A stretch of DNA of 64,000 nt, from positions 1,488,001-1,552,000 of the forward strand of contig JAQFVV010000011.1 in the NCBI GenBank assembly GCA_028023455.1. Reading direction: 5' to 3'. Below, in pieces: positions 50,898-63,080 of the stretch; within the stretch, counting starts at the first letter, position 1; each line of letters starts with the position of its first letter. Position numbers and translations under genes: made by a program. Source of the stretch: Epiperipatus broadwayi (Eukaryota > Animalia > Onychophora). Below the pieces are notes generated by a model. It had not been told where the DNA came from. It worked only from the letters and a program-made list of their open reading frames with translations, and searched no databases.

Positions 50898-52189
50898 AAA
50901 CTGAAAATATTTTTATTTTATTTCAAATACTAGTTATGTAACATTATTTGTAAATATATATTTAATAAAATTTTGCTAAAGAATAAAGATTTGATAAAAA
51001 TATTTTTTGCTAAATATAATTTGAAGGCTGTTAAACAAAAAACAGGAATGAGAAGATAAATGTGCTTAAGCAGAACAACAGGTAAATAGATTAATATATG
51101 CATACTCAGAAACTAAAGATGCCTGAAAGATCAATGAATATCTATATCTTATATAATATCTCATACTCTCTGAACACAAGACAAAAATACACCAGAAAAC
51201 TTATTTCCTACTTGAAGTCTGACAAAAGAATTCACAGAAAACAATTATAAAATAATTAATTAACACTCAATCAAGCTGATCTACAACACAGTTTTTGATA
51301 ATCTTCATTCTGATTTATTTATATAAAAATAAGTATTATTGATTTTTCCCTTCATTTATATTTGTAATTCATATTTACAAATGTTTGTTCATCTGCGTAT
51401 CAAAGTGGGGGGTGGAGGTGGGGTGTCTTTTTTATAACCACTTTTGGTAAAGTTCATTGTAATCAGAGCTGTGATTATGGTTAACTTCACTGAAAGTGTA
51501 CTTAGCATTAAGTTATACAGAAGAAAGAAACCAATTCAGTATGTAGACAAACAAATGTTTGCAAACTTGAATTGTAAATAAGTAAATAATTTATTTATTT
51601 TAACATAGACAATTTTAAAATGACTTCTGGTTAATTATATACTCTCTTAGTTAGGAAATAGAGAATTGTTCTTTTTTTAAAAAAAAACCCTCAAACATGG
51701 ACAATTTTAAAATGCTTAAAAGTAATAACTTATTAATATATCCATTGACAATAAATAAATGATTTATTTATAACTGAATAAATAATATTTTGAATAAATA
51801 ATATTAAAAAATGAAACTTGTCTGCACTTTCAAGTAAGCTGCAAACGAAATGAGTTATTTATAAAATGATTTAAACAACTATGTATGATATGTCAAACCA
51901 CCATATTTGTTATTTCAATATCTGCTATTTCAGTTACACAGTATCCCCCCCCCCCCCCTTTCCCCAAATATTTGTGATGATGATATTTTAGGTGTGATGA
52001 TATATTTGCATTATTTCCATCATCAATCATTAAATGATAATTGTCTAAAAAATTTTAAACTTTTATTTAAATTTTTCCAAATACAAACAATTGTTAGTAA
52101 TATCATATATATATTAAATTTTTTTTATCATCTCATCTTATACACTTTAATGCAATCTTTTTTATGAGTCCTTCTTCATTTTGTTTACA

Positions 52190-52620
52190 GTTTTGACTGT
52201 CTTGGAGTTAGTAGAATACACAATGTTTCGAGTGGTATTATTCCTTGATCTTCTTCAGGTGTTGTTGGCCTGATCAGTGACAATAAGGAGTTGAATTTAT
52301 ACTTTTAGATTCTTGAATATTGAATTTTAAGGCAATGCCTTTACAGAATAACTCAGTTAGTTTCAGCGTTGCTGTAAAATTTGATATTCAGAAATCTAAA
52401 GATGTAAGTTCGATTCCTATGCTAGCATTGTCACTGGTCTAACCAACAACATCTAAAGAAGAGTGGAGAATGCCACTCGAAACATTGTGGAGTCTACTGA
52501 CCTGAGTTGTCTTTGTGTGTTATTACTAACAGTTGTTTGTATTTGGAAAACGTTTAAAATTTTCTAGACATTCAACATTTAATGATAAAAATGATGGAAA
52601 TAGTCAAACATATTATCACA
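52190..52620. mobile_element. Family H3: head-to-head tRNA-like + minimal hammerhead elements
   Basis: Minus copy ~52190-52335 and plus copy ~52330-52620 share GCATTGCCTTAAAATTCAATATTC...TTGTCACTG...CCAACAACA(C/T)CT(G/A)AAGAAGA...CCACTCGAAACATTGTG; B box GTTCGATTCC at 52408-52417. Confidence 0.75.
52449..52490 (+). ncRNA. Minimal hammerhead motif, family H3 (G5>A)
   Basis: CTAAAGA-A-GAGTGG/AGAATG/CCACTC-GAAA-CA-TT-GTGG; perfect 6-bp stem II. The minus copy at 52218-52262 keeps CTGAAGA and ACAC/GTGT stem I but has a disrupted stem II. Confidence 0.7.
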
Positions 52621-53129
52621 TAAAAAATATTAAAATTTATAAATTAATTGAGAAAATGTAAATTTACCACTTATGTATGTACTACTTTTCAATAGATTGC
52701 AGCTACTTTTTTTTGTATCGTGAAACTCTCACATTTTCACTTAGACATGCGCAATCTAAATCAGACTGAATTTCTTCGGTTTTTTATTTGAAAAATTTTA
52801 AATTTCATTTAAACTAGTTATCATTATAATTTTTCCAAGACTAAATAAATTCATGAAGTTCTTCATTTAAATATTAAAATGAAAAATTATTAATTTAATT
52901 ATAGACGAAAAAAAAAATTCTGATCCAGGCTGTTTGGGTTAATAAAGAGAAATACTTCATTCATAAAATAATGAAAAGAGAAAAACAGATTTGGTAGAAT
53001 TAAAAATCAATTATTAAAGAAAAAGGATACAGTAAGCTTCTTTATTATTATTTTTGAGAAGTGTATAATTTATGTCAGTTCCTACAACACATGTATGATA
53101 CAATATGTGCAATTTTTCATAACTGCATT

Positions 53130-53990
53130 ATAATATATAAAGGATTCGAATTCAGACTTTTACACGACTCTCAACTCTCCATGCCATCTCATATTTCTGA
53201 CCCATCTGATCACACGCATGTTGAGAAGATAAATAATCACCAATGTCCGTATTTCATGATAAACCAGCAATTATCAGTTGGTCCTGATTACTATCTCCAC
53301 ACATATATACAATCAGTGCTCAGCTCTATATTAAGATAGCAAATCTTCATACTTTAATGGACAGGCTTCAAACTACTCTTGTTGATAATCTTAGTTCATA
53401 TAAAACTAATGTATATTATATACATGTTGAAAAATATAGTGGAAATTACAATAAACAATATATATTACAAACAAAGCACGAGCAATTTTGTTATTTTTTG
53501 ACAGCCATTAGGGCAGCAGTCGCCAAACGGTGGTCGTCAGAAAATTTTAGTGGTACGCAGAAAAATCTGGACATTATTTGTATTTTTAAATTATGTTTTA
53601 TTAATAATAAAACAAAATTAATATTCTAATAAATTCTTATATTCTGAATGACAATTTATGCCTTTATGTTGCGAATAGGGGGTTTGAACACAGACTTTAA
53701 AGTACCCTTCAACTATCTACACTATCTCATACCACTGATACACATGACCACAAACATGTAGAAAAGATAAATAATCACCAATATACGTATTTCGTGCTGA
53801 ACCAGCACTCATAGTTGGTCCAGATTATCATCTCCCACACACACACATAATTAGTGCTCATTTTATATTAAGATAGCAAATCTTCATACTTTAATGGACA
53901 GGCTTCGATCTACTTCAACTCTTCAGCCATCCATACCGTTGAAAATCTGATGATGAAGAGCCCAAATCTCATGCTGATGCCAACATGTTG
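53130..53990 (-). mobile_element. Family H2, two further copies with core-mutated hammerheads
   Basis: Hammerheads at ~53234-53290 (CTGATAA; triplet altered) and 53772-53827 (CT-ATGA, perfect GTGCTG/CAGCAC stem, TACGTA-TA-TTGG); B boxes near 53141-53153 and 53680-53692; unrelated sequence with a hAT-like end (CAGCAGTCGCCAAAC, 53514) lies between them. Confidence 0.8.
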
Positions 53991-54248
53991 CGCTAAATTC
54001 ATGCGGGACAAGGGAGGCGCAATAATACTGAAGCGGTATTTATAATTTTGTTATATTACATAAGTGCATTTCACATTAATAAAATGGAAGTTCTCTGATC
54101 ATTATTTTACAAATATATTTGATTTATCTTTTTTAAAAAAAATCATATTATTGATTCGCAGTGTTTAAAATTATGAATTTAGTGGTCCGTGACATCCGAA
54201 AGGTTGGCACTGAAATGAAAATAGAGGATCTAGCAGCTTATTATATAT

Positions 54249-54359
54249 ATATTTTCTCATATGTCATAGCATCGGCCGGGACGCGAAACCACATCCGTCT
54301 GCAAACAACTACTTTCTTGCAAGGCGGGTGCGATGACTTCTCGGCTAACAACGCTTGAC
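54249..54359 (-). mobile_element. tRNA-Gly-derived SINE, copy 5
   Basis: Minus-strand GTCAAGCGTTGTTAGCCGAG...CCGGCCGATGCTATGACATATG; TSD AGCTTATTATATAT at 54235-54248 and from 54360. Confidence 0.85.
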
Positions 54360-56330
54360 AGCTTATTATATATTTAAATAGAGTAATGAGAACATTGTTA
54401 GTGACCAAAGAGATAGGTAAAATCTGAAATATTGAATGGTTCAATCATAGGAAATCATAACTTAAAAATATTTTATTTTGATTTTTATAAATATACATTT
54501 AGTTTTCTGACATCCTGCTGATTTTCTTACTCCATCTATGATTTGAATCTATTTACAGCAAACATATTAGAAACAGAGAGAAAAACAACATTTGTGAAAT
54601 CATCATCGATGTTCCAAAAGAAATTTCATTGGATGAGAACCCTTGTCGTGGGCTATCAACAAAGTTCTGAATCAGATGAGGTCACGCAATTATAAAAAAA
54701 TTATAATTTGCATAGATAAAAAAGTATAATTAATATAAACTATTAAAAAGGTAAATGTTTTGATCACATGGTTCATTAAAAAATGTCTGGCAGTAAGAAT
54801 TAGATTTAAAACAGAATTTTAAAAAAGTATAGTTAATTATCAAGTTAAATCAGCTATGGTATAGAATAATTTTATTGAAGCTTTTAATCAAACTAACTTT
54901 CAGGTTACTAAGGAAATAACTAAAAAAAGAGAAAAAGTAGAATTCGGAGTTCAATTAACAAAAGCTTTTTAATCACCAGACTATTCAAAAAGAAAGAAAT
55001 CAAAGACAACCAGGAGGAGAAACATTAAAGCTTAGTTTTAAATTAACAAATTGAATTGTGAAAAGCTTATTTGTCTTTACGCAAATATTAAGATGGTGGG
55101 GGCAGGATAGAAAGAAGATCAGGCATTTAGTAAAACAATCAACTATGGATACGTCTATGGAAGATAGTTAACGGTATTATTTTTTGAACAGGCATTAGAG
55201 TTGAGCTGTATGATAATTTAAAAAGAAGAAAACTCTTTATAGTCTATATAATAGATATAAAGTTAGTTCCACAAAACACTGAGATTATTATACATGATTG
55301 AAAAGCTAAATTAGGTTTCATATACAGTATATATATATGATTCAAAAAATAAAGTATGGTTTGCGTAAAAGCTGCCCCTTATGGTTTGATGGAGTTAAGT
55401 AGAGTGACAGGCATTGAAACTCAAGGCTATGGATCGGACGGATCTCAAGGTCCATGAATCACAGCCCAACTCTATCACTTCTGGCATTCAAATTTCTCAT
55501 GGACTTTCAATCAACAAAGCCTTTTGATTATTTTAATATGAAAAAAGCTAATAGCACCTGCAGTATGAAGTGTGAAAGTCCCAGTTGCTAATCAATATAT
55601 TATAGTGAGATTAGAATATATTTGAATGTAAGAACAATGTAGCGTCTCCACCACCAAAATCATGCAAAAATTTATCACAACTGTAGCAACTTTTTTAAAT
55701 CATAAAAAGAAGATGGCATCATGTATCAATAATGTGAGTGTGTGTGAAGGAAGAAATTACCACAAATGGAAAATAATGCAAGCATGCTTCAAATCTAATT
55801 CAACATATATCTTCAAAAAGTGCTCCAACAACATTTAACTAAATTAATGTTAAAATCTTAATTATCTTGTATTCAGTATTTATTAAATACTAGCCACGAA
55901 TATGGTATAAAAGTAGTAAAAGCCTGATGACAATTTTTAAAATTAAACATTACACTGTGACAAACTTGTAGTTGATCACTTATACATATATAAAGAACAA
56001 TATTTTCTAGTATATATTTATATATGCGTGCATATATATTGTAGAAAATGAAATCTAACTTACTTTAAATAGTTCATGACATGTCACAGATCCTCACCCT
56101 TCCTTCATGAAACAGTGAAAAAAGAAATTATTCATCAGGCTAAAAATATTTAGATATTCTTTTACCAAACAACACTGGATAGCTGTAGTTTAACTATACC
56201 TATTTGGAACCTAAAATTTTTCTAATTTAAATTGTCTCTAGATATGAATTCTAATGTAATAAGCATAGCATTATATACAAATAAATAATGCTTAATTTAT
56301 AATACACTTCATGCTTTAAAATAAACAATA

Positions 56331-57642
56331 CACCCTGGTCTCATTTTATGCGGATTTATTTAATGCGATTTTGAAGTTATGCGGTTCATGTTTCTTCTTA
56401 ATATCTTTGTATGCGGTTTTCTTTTATGCGATAAAAATTATTAGATCAGAAGTCGAGCTCCGATAATGTGCTATTACTTTAAATATTATAAATTTCGCGC
56501 ACTCACACATCATATTTAAAGTAATAGCGCATTATTGGAGTTGGATCTCTCTCTAATAATTTCAATATTTTCAGCGCTTTACGATAGTACTATAATAGAT
56601 TTTATGCAAAAAAGAAGTTCATAATTCACTTAAAATCAGGATTTCCTTATTTTATATACACACAAGATTATAATGTAAATCTGTTCAAACGTTACAGATG
56701 TCTATATTATGCATGTTGTTTTTTTTTTTTTTGCATTTTAAATCACATTCTATTTTTGCTTTTTTTAAAAAAAGTATGTAATTAATTAATCATTTAGTGG
56801 CAAGTTTATTTTTAAAAGGTGAGTTATAGCGATGGGCACAATTAAAATCAGATTTTTAATTATAATTAACAATTTAAAAATTATGTAACGTGATCTGAAA
56901 TTAATGTGACGCAAAACAATGAAATTTGATTTTTAAACGGAATTGAAAATTAAAGACAAAAATAAGAATTTAATTTTTAATTGTTAGTTTTAATTAAATT
57001 TTGTCCAACAGTGGTGAGTCGATGTCTTTTTATTATCGTAAATCTAAGTTCTTATTTTTATTTTAAACTTTTAGTTTATTCTAACGAGAAAAAAAAAACA
57101 CCCAAGAAAATGAATTTCTTTGAAAACAAAAATTTCAATTTTAGATCGCTTAGTGCAATCGGAGAATCAACAGCGATTGGAAAACATTAGTTTAGGCGAG
57201 TCCATGATAAGAGCAATTAAAAAAATGAAGTTGGCGCTAGTTGTATTTCCTCTTGTAACAAATCTGATGTCTTACTAGTTTACAAACGAACTTACTTATC
57301 GCCAAATAGTGATAATAATTAAAATACTGTACATATATAAAAAAATAAAAAATATTATAAATTACGCATAAAATATATATTGTTTTGAATAAAATTGAAT
57401 ACTGTAGTTAATTAAAGTTTGTCTTGTATCAATTTTTTTCAAATTTGGAATTTTTTATTAGTAATATTTTATTTCCATACTTTTTTAATACAAATTTTAA
57501 AGTAATTTTACGTTGTTGCTTTGCTTTTATGCGATTTTTGAAAATTACAGTAACCTATCCCCCATTTTTCAAGGCAAGTTAAGTCTATTTTTGTGCGCAT
57601 TTTCTGAGGAACCTATCTACCACATAAAACAAGATCCAGGTG
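56331..57642 (+). mobile_element. Tigger/pogo-derived non-autonomous transposon, uninterrupted copy
   Basis: TA-CACCCTGGTCTCATTTTATGCGG...CATAAAACAAGATCCAGGTG-TA; collinear with 42981-45778 minus the nested insert; HTH remnant ~57095-57230. Confidence 0.9.
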
Positions 57643-58764
57643 TATGTTATTGTAATATTTACATAAAATTGGTGGTCATTAGGTAATATTTACAGATTTA
57701 TCATCAAAATCATATATCAATTCCCACGTCTGGATAATTTTCACCAATATTATAGTCCCTAGTATATCTTATGTAAATTGTACTAGGTAAATAAACTTTG
57801 TTTAACCAAGATAGGAATTAGATTACTAACATATTGATATCTTGTGTTTGCGCTGTATTTCTTGTAAAATTTTTTGGACTGGCAATATCTATCTTTAAAT
57901 TTTATTACAATATATATTTGTTAATATTTAAAAAATACTAAAATTAGTCTACATCCTCAATTTGGGCACTGCATATCTTTAGAAGTCACAAAAAAAAAAA
58001 ATCCTGGTCTCATATTCATCAATCTATAGCTAACAAAATTAATTCTCAGGACATTGTTACTGAAAGTCACAAATCTACAAAAACATTGTTAAAGATATTT
58101 CACATTATATGGATAGATTTAAGGATTGAAACTTAACAGTCACATGGAAGATTCTTGTAGTCAATTTTTATTCTGATTCAAACATGTCATTAAGAATGAT
58201 GAAAGCATATTAGATGTGTTTTAAAAAGTAGTCATCTAAGAATGATGAAAGCATATTAGACACGTGTTCTAAAAAGTAGACAAATTGAGTTTTTTATTCA
58301 AGTCAATCAGTGATATAATTAATTTCTTGTACATAAGTTTTTATTTATTGCTTAACAAATATTTAGCTACCTATATGTGAATAATTATTATAAAGATTGA
58401 AATGTCATATAAGCATATGTAGAAATGTCAAAAAGCACATAATTTTTCACTATATATATAAAACCAAATGGACATCTTAAGAAATATTCTCTTCAGAAAT
58501 TTTTATTTTTTATTTACTAGTTTCTATTATTAATTAAGACTTCATTATGTTTGTATCTTTGTAGATACATATTTATATTTAATGAAACCAATTATCAATG
58601 TTTTACAAAATTACACTTTATAACATAATTATGAACAAGAGTATTTAAACACCCTCTATTAGCTCAATGTGAAAATAAGATATGAAATTAAAAACAATAT
58701 TACAAATTCAGCTTGTAGAAATGGTTTTTTTTAAAAAAACCTTCATTTGTGTTTATATATTGGC

Positions 58765-59260
58765 TTTTTTCCATCATCTAATATAAATGTTGAATGTCTT
58801 TAGAAAAATTTAACTTAAATATTCCAAATACATTCAACTGTTAGTAAAAGCTCACAAGTTATTATATGCACAACATTTTGAAAAGTATTATTCACCCCTC
58901 TTTTTCATGTGTTGCTGGCCTAACCAGTAACAGTACTAGCATGGGAATCAAACCGGGACCCTTTGATTCTTGAGTATTGAGTTTTAAGGTAATGCTGTAA
59001 CCAATTGAGTCATCCTGCCAAAGACAACAGACAGCAGAAATTTCATAATACTGGTTCCTCCTGATTTCTCTACTTTTTCCTAAGAGCAAATGAAGAAATC
59101 AGAAGGAACTTCATAGATAAGTATATAAAATTTGTACTGACTGTTGCCTTTGGCAAAATGAATGTATTTGGAATATTTAAATAAAGTTAAATTTTTCTGA
59201 AGACATTCAATACTCATATTAGATGATGGAAATAGTTCAATATATAACTAAAACACCATC
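58765..59260 (-). mobile_element. Family H3 copy with inverted 3' arm; hammerhead decayed
   Basis: 58770-58850 is the reverse complement of 59150-59235; minus strand 59010-58880 has the tRNA-like head (GGTTTGATTCCC) then CAACACATGAAAAAGAGGGG...CAAAATGTTGTG. Confidence 0.7.
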
Positions 59261-60348
59261 ATCACAAACCTTCAGGAAAACACAACTTCCTTCATTGTCT
59301 CGGCAAAGGCCTAAACATATTATATGTGTGTTTATTGATTGTAAAAAACATCACATTTAATAATTGGGCATTTCATCTTTCATATTTTAAAGAAAAACAA
59401 GTAAACAATGTAAAAAAGACACACTCTTTCTGGTTTGTGATTAACGATGTTTACAACTTTGACACAGCTAATGGAATTCTCTTGAAATTTATGATGTCAG
59501 ACTTGTACTATCATAGTCTATAATTCAGAATTTGGCTATTATAAATAAGAATATATCTTCATCAGCTAAAATAGAAAACACTAAATTGGGCTCATTCATA
59601 ATATATATTATTATTCGTAAATATCAAACAATTATTCTTTAAAAATTAAATTAGTAAACTTCTTAACTTTAAAGATTAAATAAATAATTATAAATGTTTA
59701 TTGCACACACGTATTTTCACGTTACAATCAAAAAAATTTATTTCCAGCAACGCATTCTTATAAATTAAAAATCTATTTAAAAATTATCCGCTAATTTGTT
59801 ATTAAACTTTGTTAAAAACTTTTATAACAATCTATAAATATATAAACTACTGCAACTGTAAACAAACTGAAAAAATAATTAACAATAATAAAAATTACAA
59901 AAGATAACACAATATACAGATGGATAGAAATAGTATCACTTTTGTTGAAAAAACATGCAATCCTTAATATAAAATAATTTCATAAATAGTCTAATTGATT
60001 CTTTTTTCCATCACAAAACGAATGGAAAAGAAGCCCCCCCCCCCCCGAAAAATTAATATAACGGAAAATAATTTTATTACTAACAAAAGATTTAATCCCA
60101 TTTGTGCAAAATATTAATTAATTTTTTTAATGCAGCAAATATTTAAATGTAGTGTGAGGATGGGAAAATTTCATTTAAATTACTTATTTATACAAAATAT
60201 GATCATAAAATTAAGATCTAGTGCCTCATTAAAAAAAAAAAAGCAGTTTCCAAGAAACTAATAATCCTTTTTTGATAGTAATTTCGCTCTTATAATTAGA
60301 TTTTCTATTTAAGACTAATAATACTGCCAATCTAAATAAGAAACTAGA

Positions 60349-60456
60349 CTGTCAAGCATTGGTGGTCGAGAGGTCAGGAACAGCTGCTTTACAAGCAGTT
60401 GTCCCGAGATAGGGGGTTCGCTTTCCGGCTGATGCTATGACACATGAGAAAAAAAA
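60349..60456 (+). mobile_element. tRNA-Gly-derived SINE, copy 6
   Basis: Same head and tail; 20-bp TSD AATCTAAATAAGAAACTAGA at 60329-60348 and 60457-60476. Confidence 0.9.
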
Positions 60457-60612
60457 AATCTAAATAAGAAACTAGATGTGTGGAATATGTAATATACAAG
60501 CAATTACGAATGTGTGTGTATGTGTATATATATATCATTATTTACTAGTTTGCCTTATCTTTTTCTTTAGATATTATGGCGGTCCATTATTAAATTCTGT
60601 AATGGTTTATCT

Positions 60613-61134
60613 CAGAAGAAGAAAATAAAGATTGATAAAGATAAATTAGAACAAATTAACAATTACATAATGGATGAAATTAATCAAACTTGGGTGGAGT
60701 GCTTTTGGTAAAAATAACTTAATATTAAAATAAAATATGCCTATATGTTTTTAATAAATGGATTTTACTTCTTCTTACTTATGGATTTGAGACTTCGACA
60801 CGTAACAGAAGAAAGTACGTAGATATGTATATTAGGAGTAACAAGAAAGAATCAAAAATGAAATATATGAGTGAGATATCAAACAGGTATTATTGACGCC
60901 ATTGAAAGAATTAAGAAGCTGAAGTGGATCTGGGCTGAATCCATTTTTAGAAGAGATGGTAATAGATAGACGGTCGAAATCTTAAACTGGATCCCAAGAA
61001 ATTGTAAAAGATTTAAAAACAGATTACATTATGATAGATAGATGGAATAGGGAAGTTTTCTGGTATGATGATGAGAAGGCTAGAAATAACCCATCATACA
61101 GTGGATCCATAATAATTGAAAATGATGATGATGG
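60613..61134 (+). mobile_element. Older, decayed RTE LINE copy 3
   Basis: Collinear with 13438-13970 (AAACTTGGGTGGAGTGCTTTTGG...AAGTGGATCTGGGCTG...), (GAT)n tail, possible 12-bp TSD AAT(G/C)GTTTATCT. Confidence 0.8.
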
Positions 61135-63080
61135 AATCGTTTATCTTCACATATTTTAGAAATTAAAACTATTAGTCAATTTAAATTAATTTGCCATAAA
61201 TACCTTGCTTGTTTTAATAGTTTCTCTTCTAGTTGAAATTGTTTATGATATTCGTGTAAATAACTATATAGAATGCAATAAGAGACAGCCATTTTCTTAT
61301 TGCATAAATTATCAAACACAATGGATATATGGTAGATTAATTATTTATAGCAACAGTGCTTCAAAAGAGTATCTGGAAGGAAGATTATGGTATTTTTGAA
61401 GCATTCCACCAATAGTGACGAAAGCATTACATTTCAATTGCCATTTCCAGTGCATTTTATTACCACAAATTATAACAATTTAAAATTAGTTACATTTATT
61501 AGATGGCTATATAACACAACTAAACTTTGATAGACAATCAATTAATTTCAAACAATGCCTTAGATGTGTTCAATTAATTGAGTCAAAAATCTTGACTAAA
61601 TCAATAAAAACAACGTATAAATAAGTCTTTCATTCATAACACTTTTTCTTGCATTTGCTTGATAATAAAAATCACACCCAGGGTACTTTTTGATTCTCTA
61701 AAATGACTATCTGAAAACCATTCATCTACAGCTGGCAATAACCTATTCAACATAATCATTGAAAGCAAATAGTGGATAATAATGTCATCCCATGAATAAT
61801 TACTTCAGACACAGAAACACACATATATAGAGCTAAAATCTATCTTATCACTAAATAAATATATTAAAGTTTGTAATGATGGCATTTTATTTGTAATTAT
61901 ATCTTGAACTATTCCCAACATCTGCAATTAAATATCTTTGAACAAAATCAAACTTTATTTAAATGAAATACATTCAACTCTAAATCATAGCATACAAGTT
62001 ACTTTTAGTCATAGCATACAAGTTAATATATAACAAACAAAACATTTTGAGTGATACTAGCCTCCTCTCTTTTTTCAGGTTTTATAGGCCTGACCAGTGG
62101 TAAATAACACTGGCATAGGAATTGAACATGGAATATTTAGATTTGCGAATACTAAATTTAAGATGTAGCTCTAATTTAGAGAAAACTTTATTAGCCAGTA
62201 AACAAATGCCTGATACTGAAATATAGGCAAGCATAAAGTAATAAAATAATTTGGCTTTATAATTTATAAAAACAGCATTGTATTTTGCTTTTTATATATT
62301 TTATTATTATTAATAAGTCATTATAAAATAAAAATAATTCCGAGTTAAAATATTTATTTTTTTATACTATGTGATCTAAACCTGTGTGTATGTATGTATT
62401 ACTTCCTAAACACCATTCCTAAACACCATGCCTGTTTTACAATTTGCCTTAATCTACATTTACCTTTTTTAAAAAATAAGTTAACCAGAAATGCAAATCA
62501 CTGCAAGTTATTATAATGAAAACCTGTCATTCAGAATGAATAAAGCTACAGAAAATCTCAAAGATAAGACATATGTGTTATTTGGAGTGATATTTTGCTG
62601 TTCATATGATAGTAGAAACTGGAAGAAAAGTAAAGAGTAATTTATTAATTGCAAAAAAATCTAAAAATGGCAGTATTCTACAGAGAAAGTACTATAAATG
62701 AGCCAAAACCAACATGGATTGGTAGGTTCATTCTTCTTAGTCCCCCAAAATAGTTGTATGACTATTTGTAAACTCTTAGAGTTGTTAATAGTGAGCAAAA
62801 AATTGTATATCAACCATAGTTTATTTAAATATTTATGATTATTTTAACAAAAATATTTACATAGTGATTATTAAAAATATATTTATATATTTGTGATTAG
62901 ACTTAGATTTTATTAGACTATATTTTATTTTTAAAATACAAATTAAGAAGTTTGTAGTAATGGTAAAAATGAAACTATGATTGATAAAGCTTTGACAAAC
63001 AACATAATTCAAAAGTTTTGTGATATTTTAATAATTATAAATGCAGCTCTAATTTTAGAAATGAAGTTCAATTAACCTTC

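Noticed and set aside
58185-58280. ~47-bp tandem duplication (also 31-bp at ~5218-5280 and 21-bp at ~18925-18965)
   Set aside because: Ordinary local slippage duplications in AT-rich DNA with no further structure.
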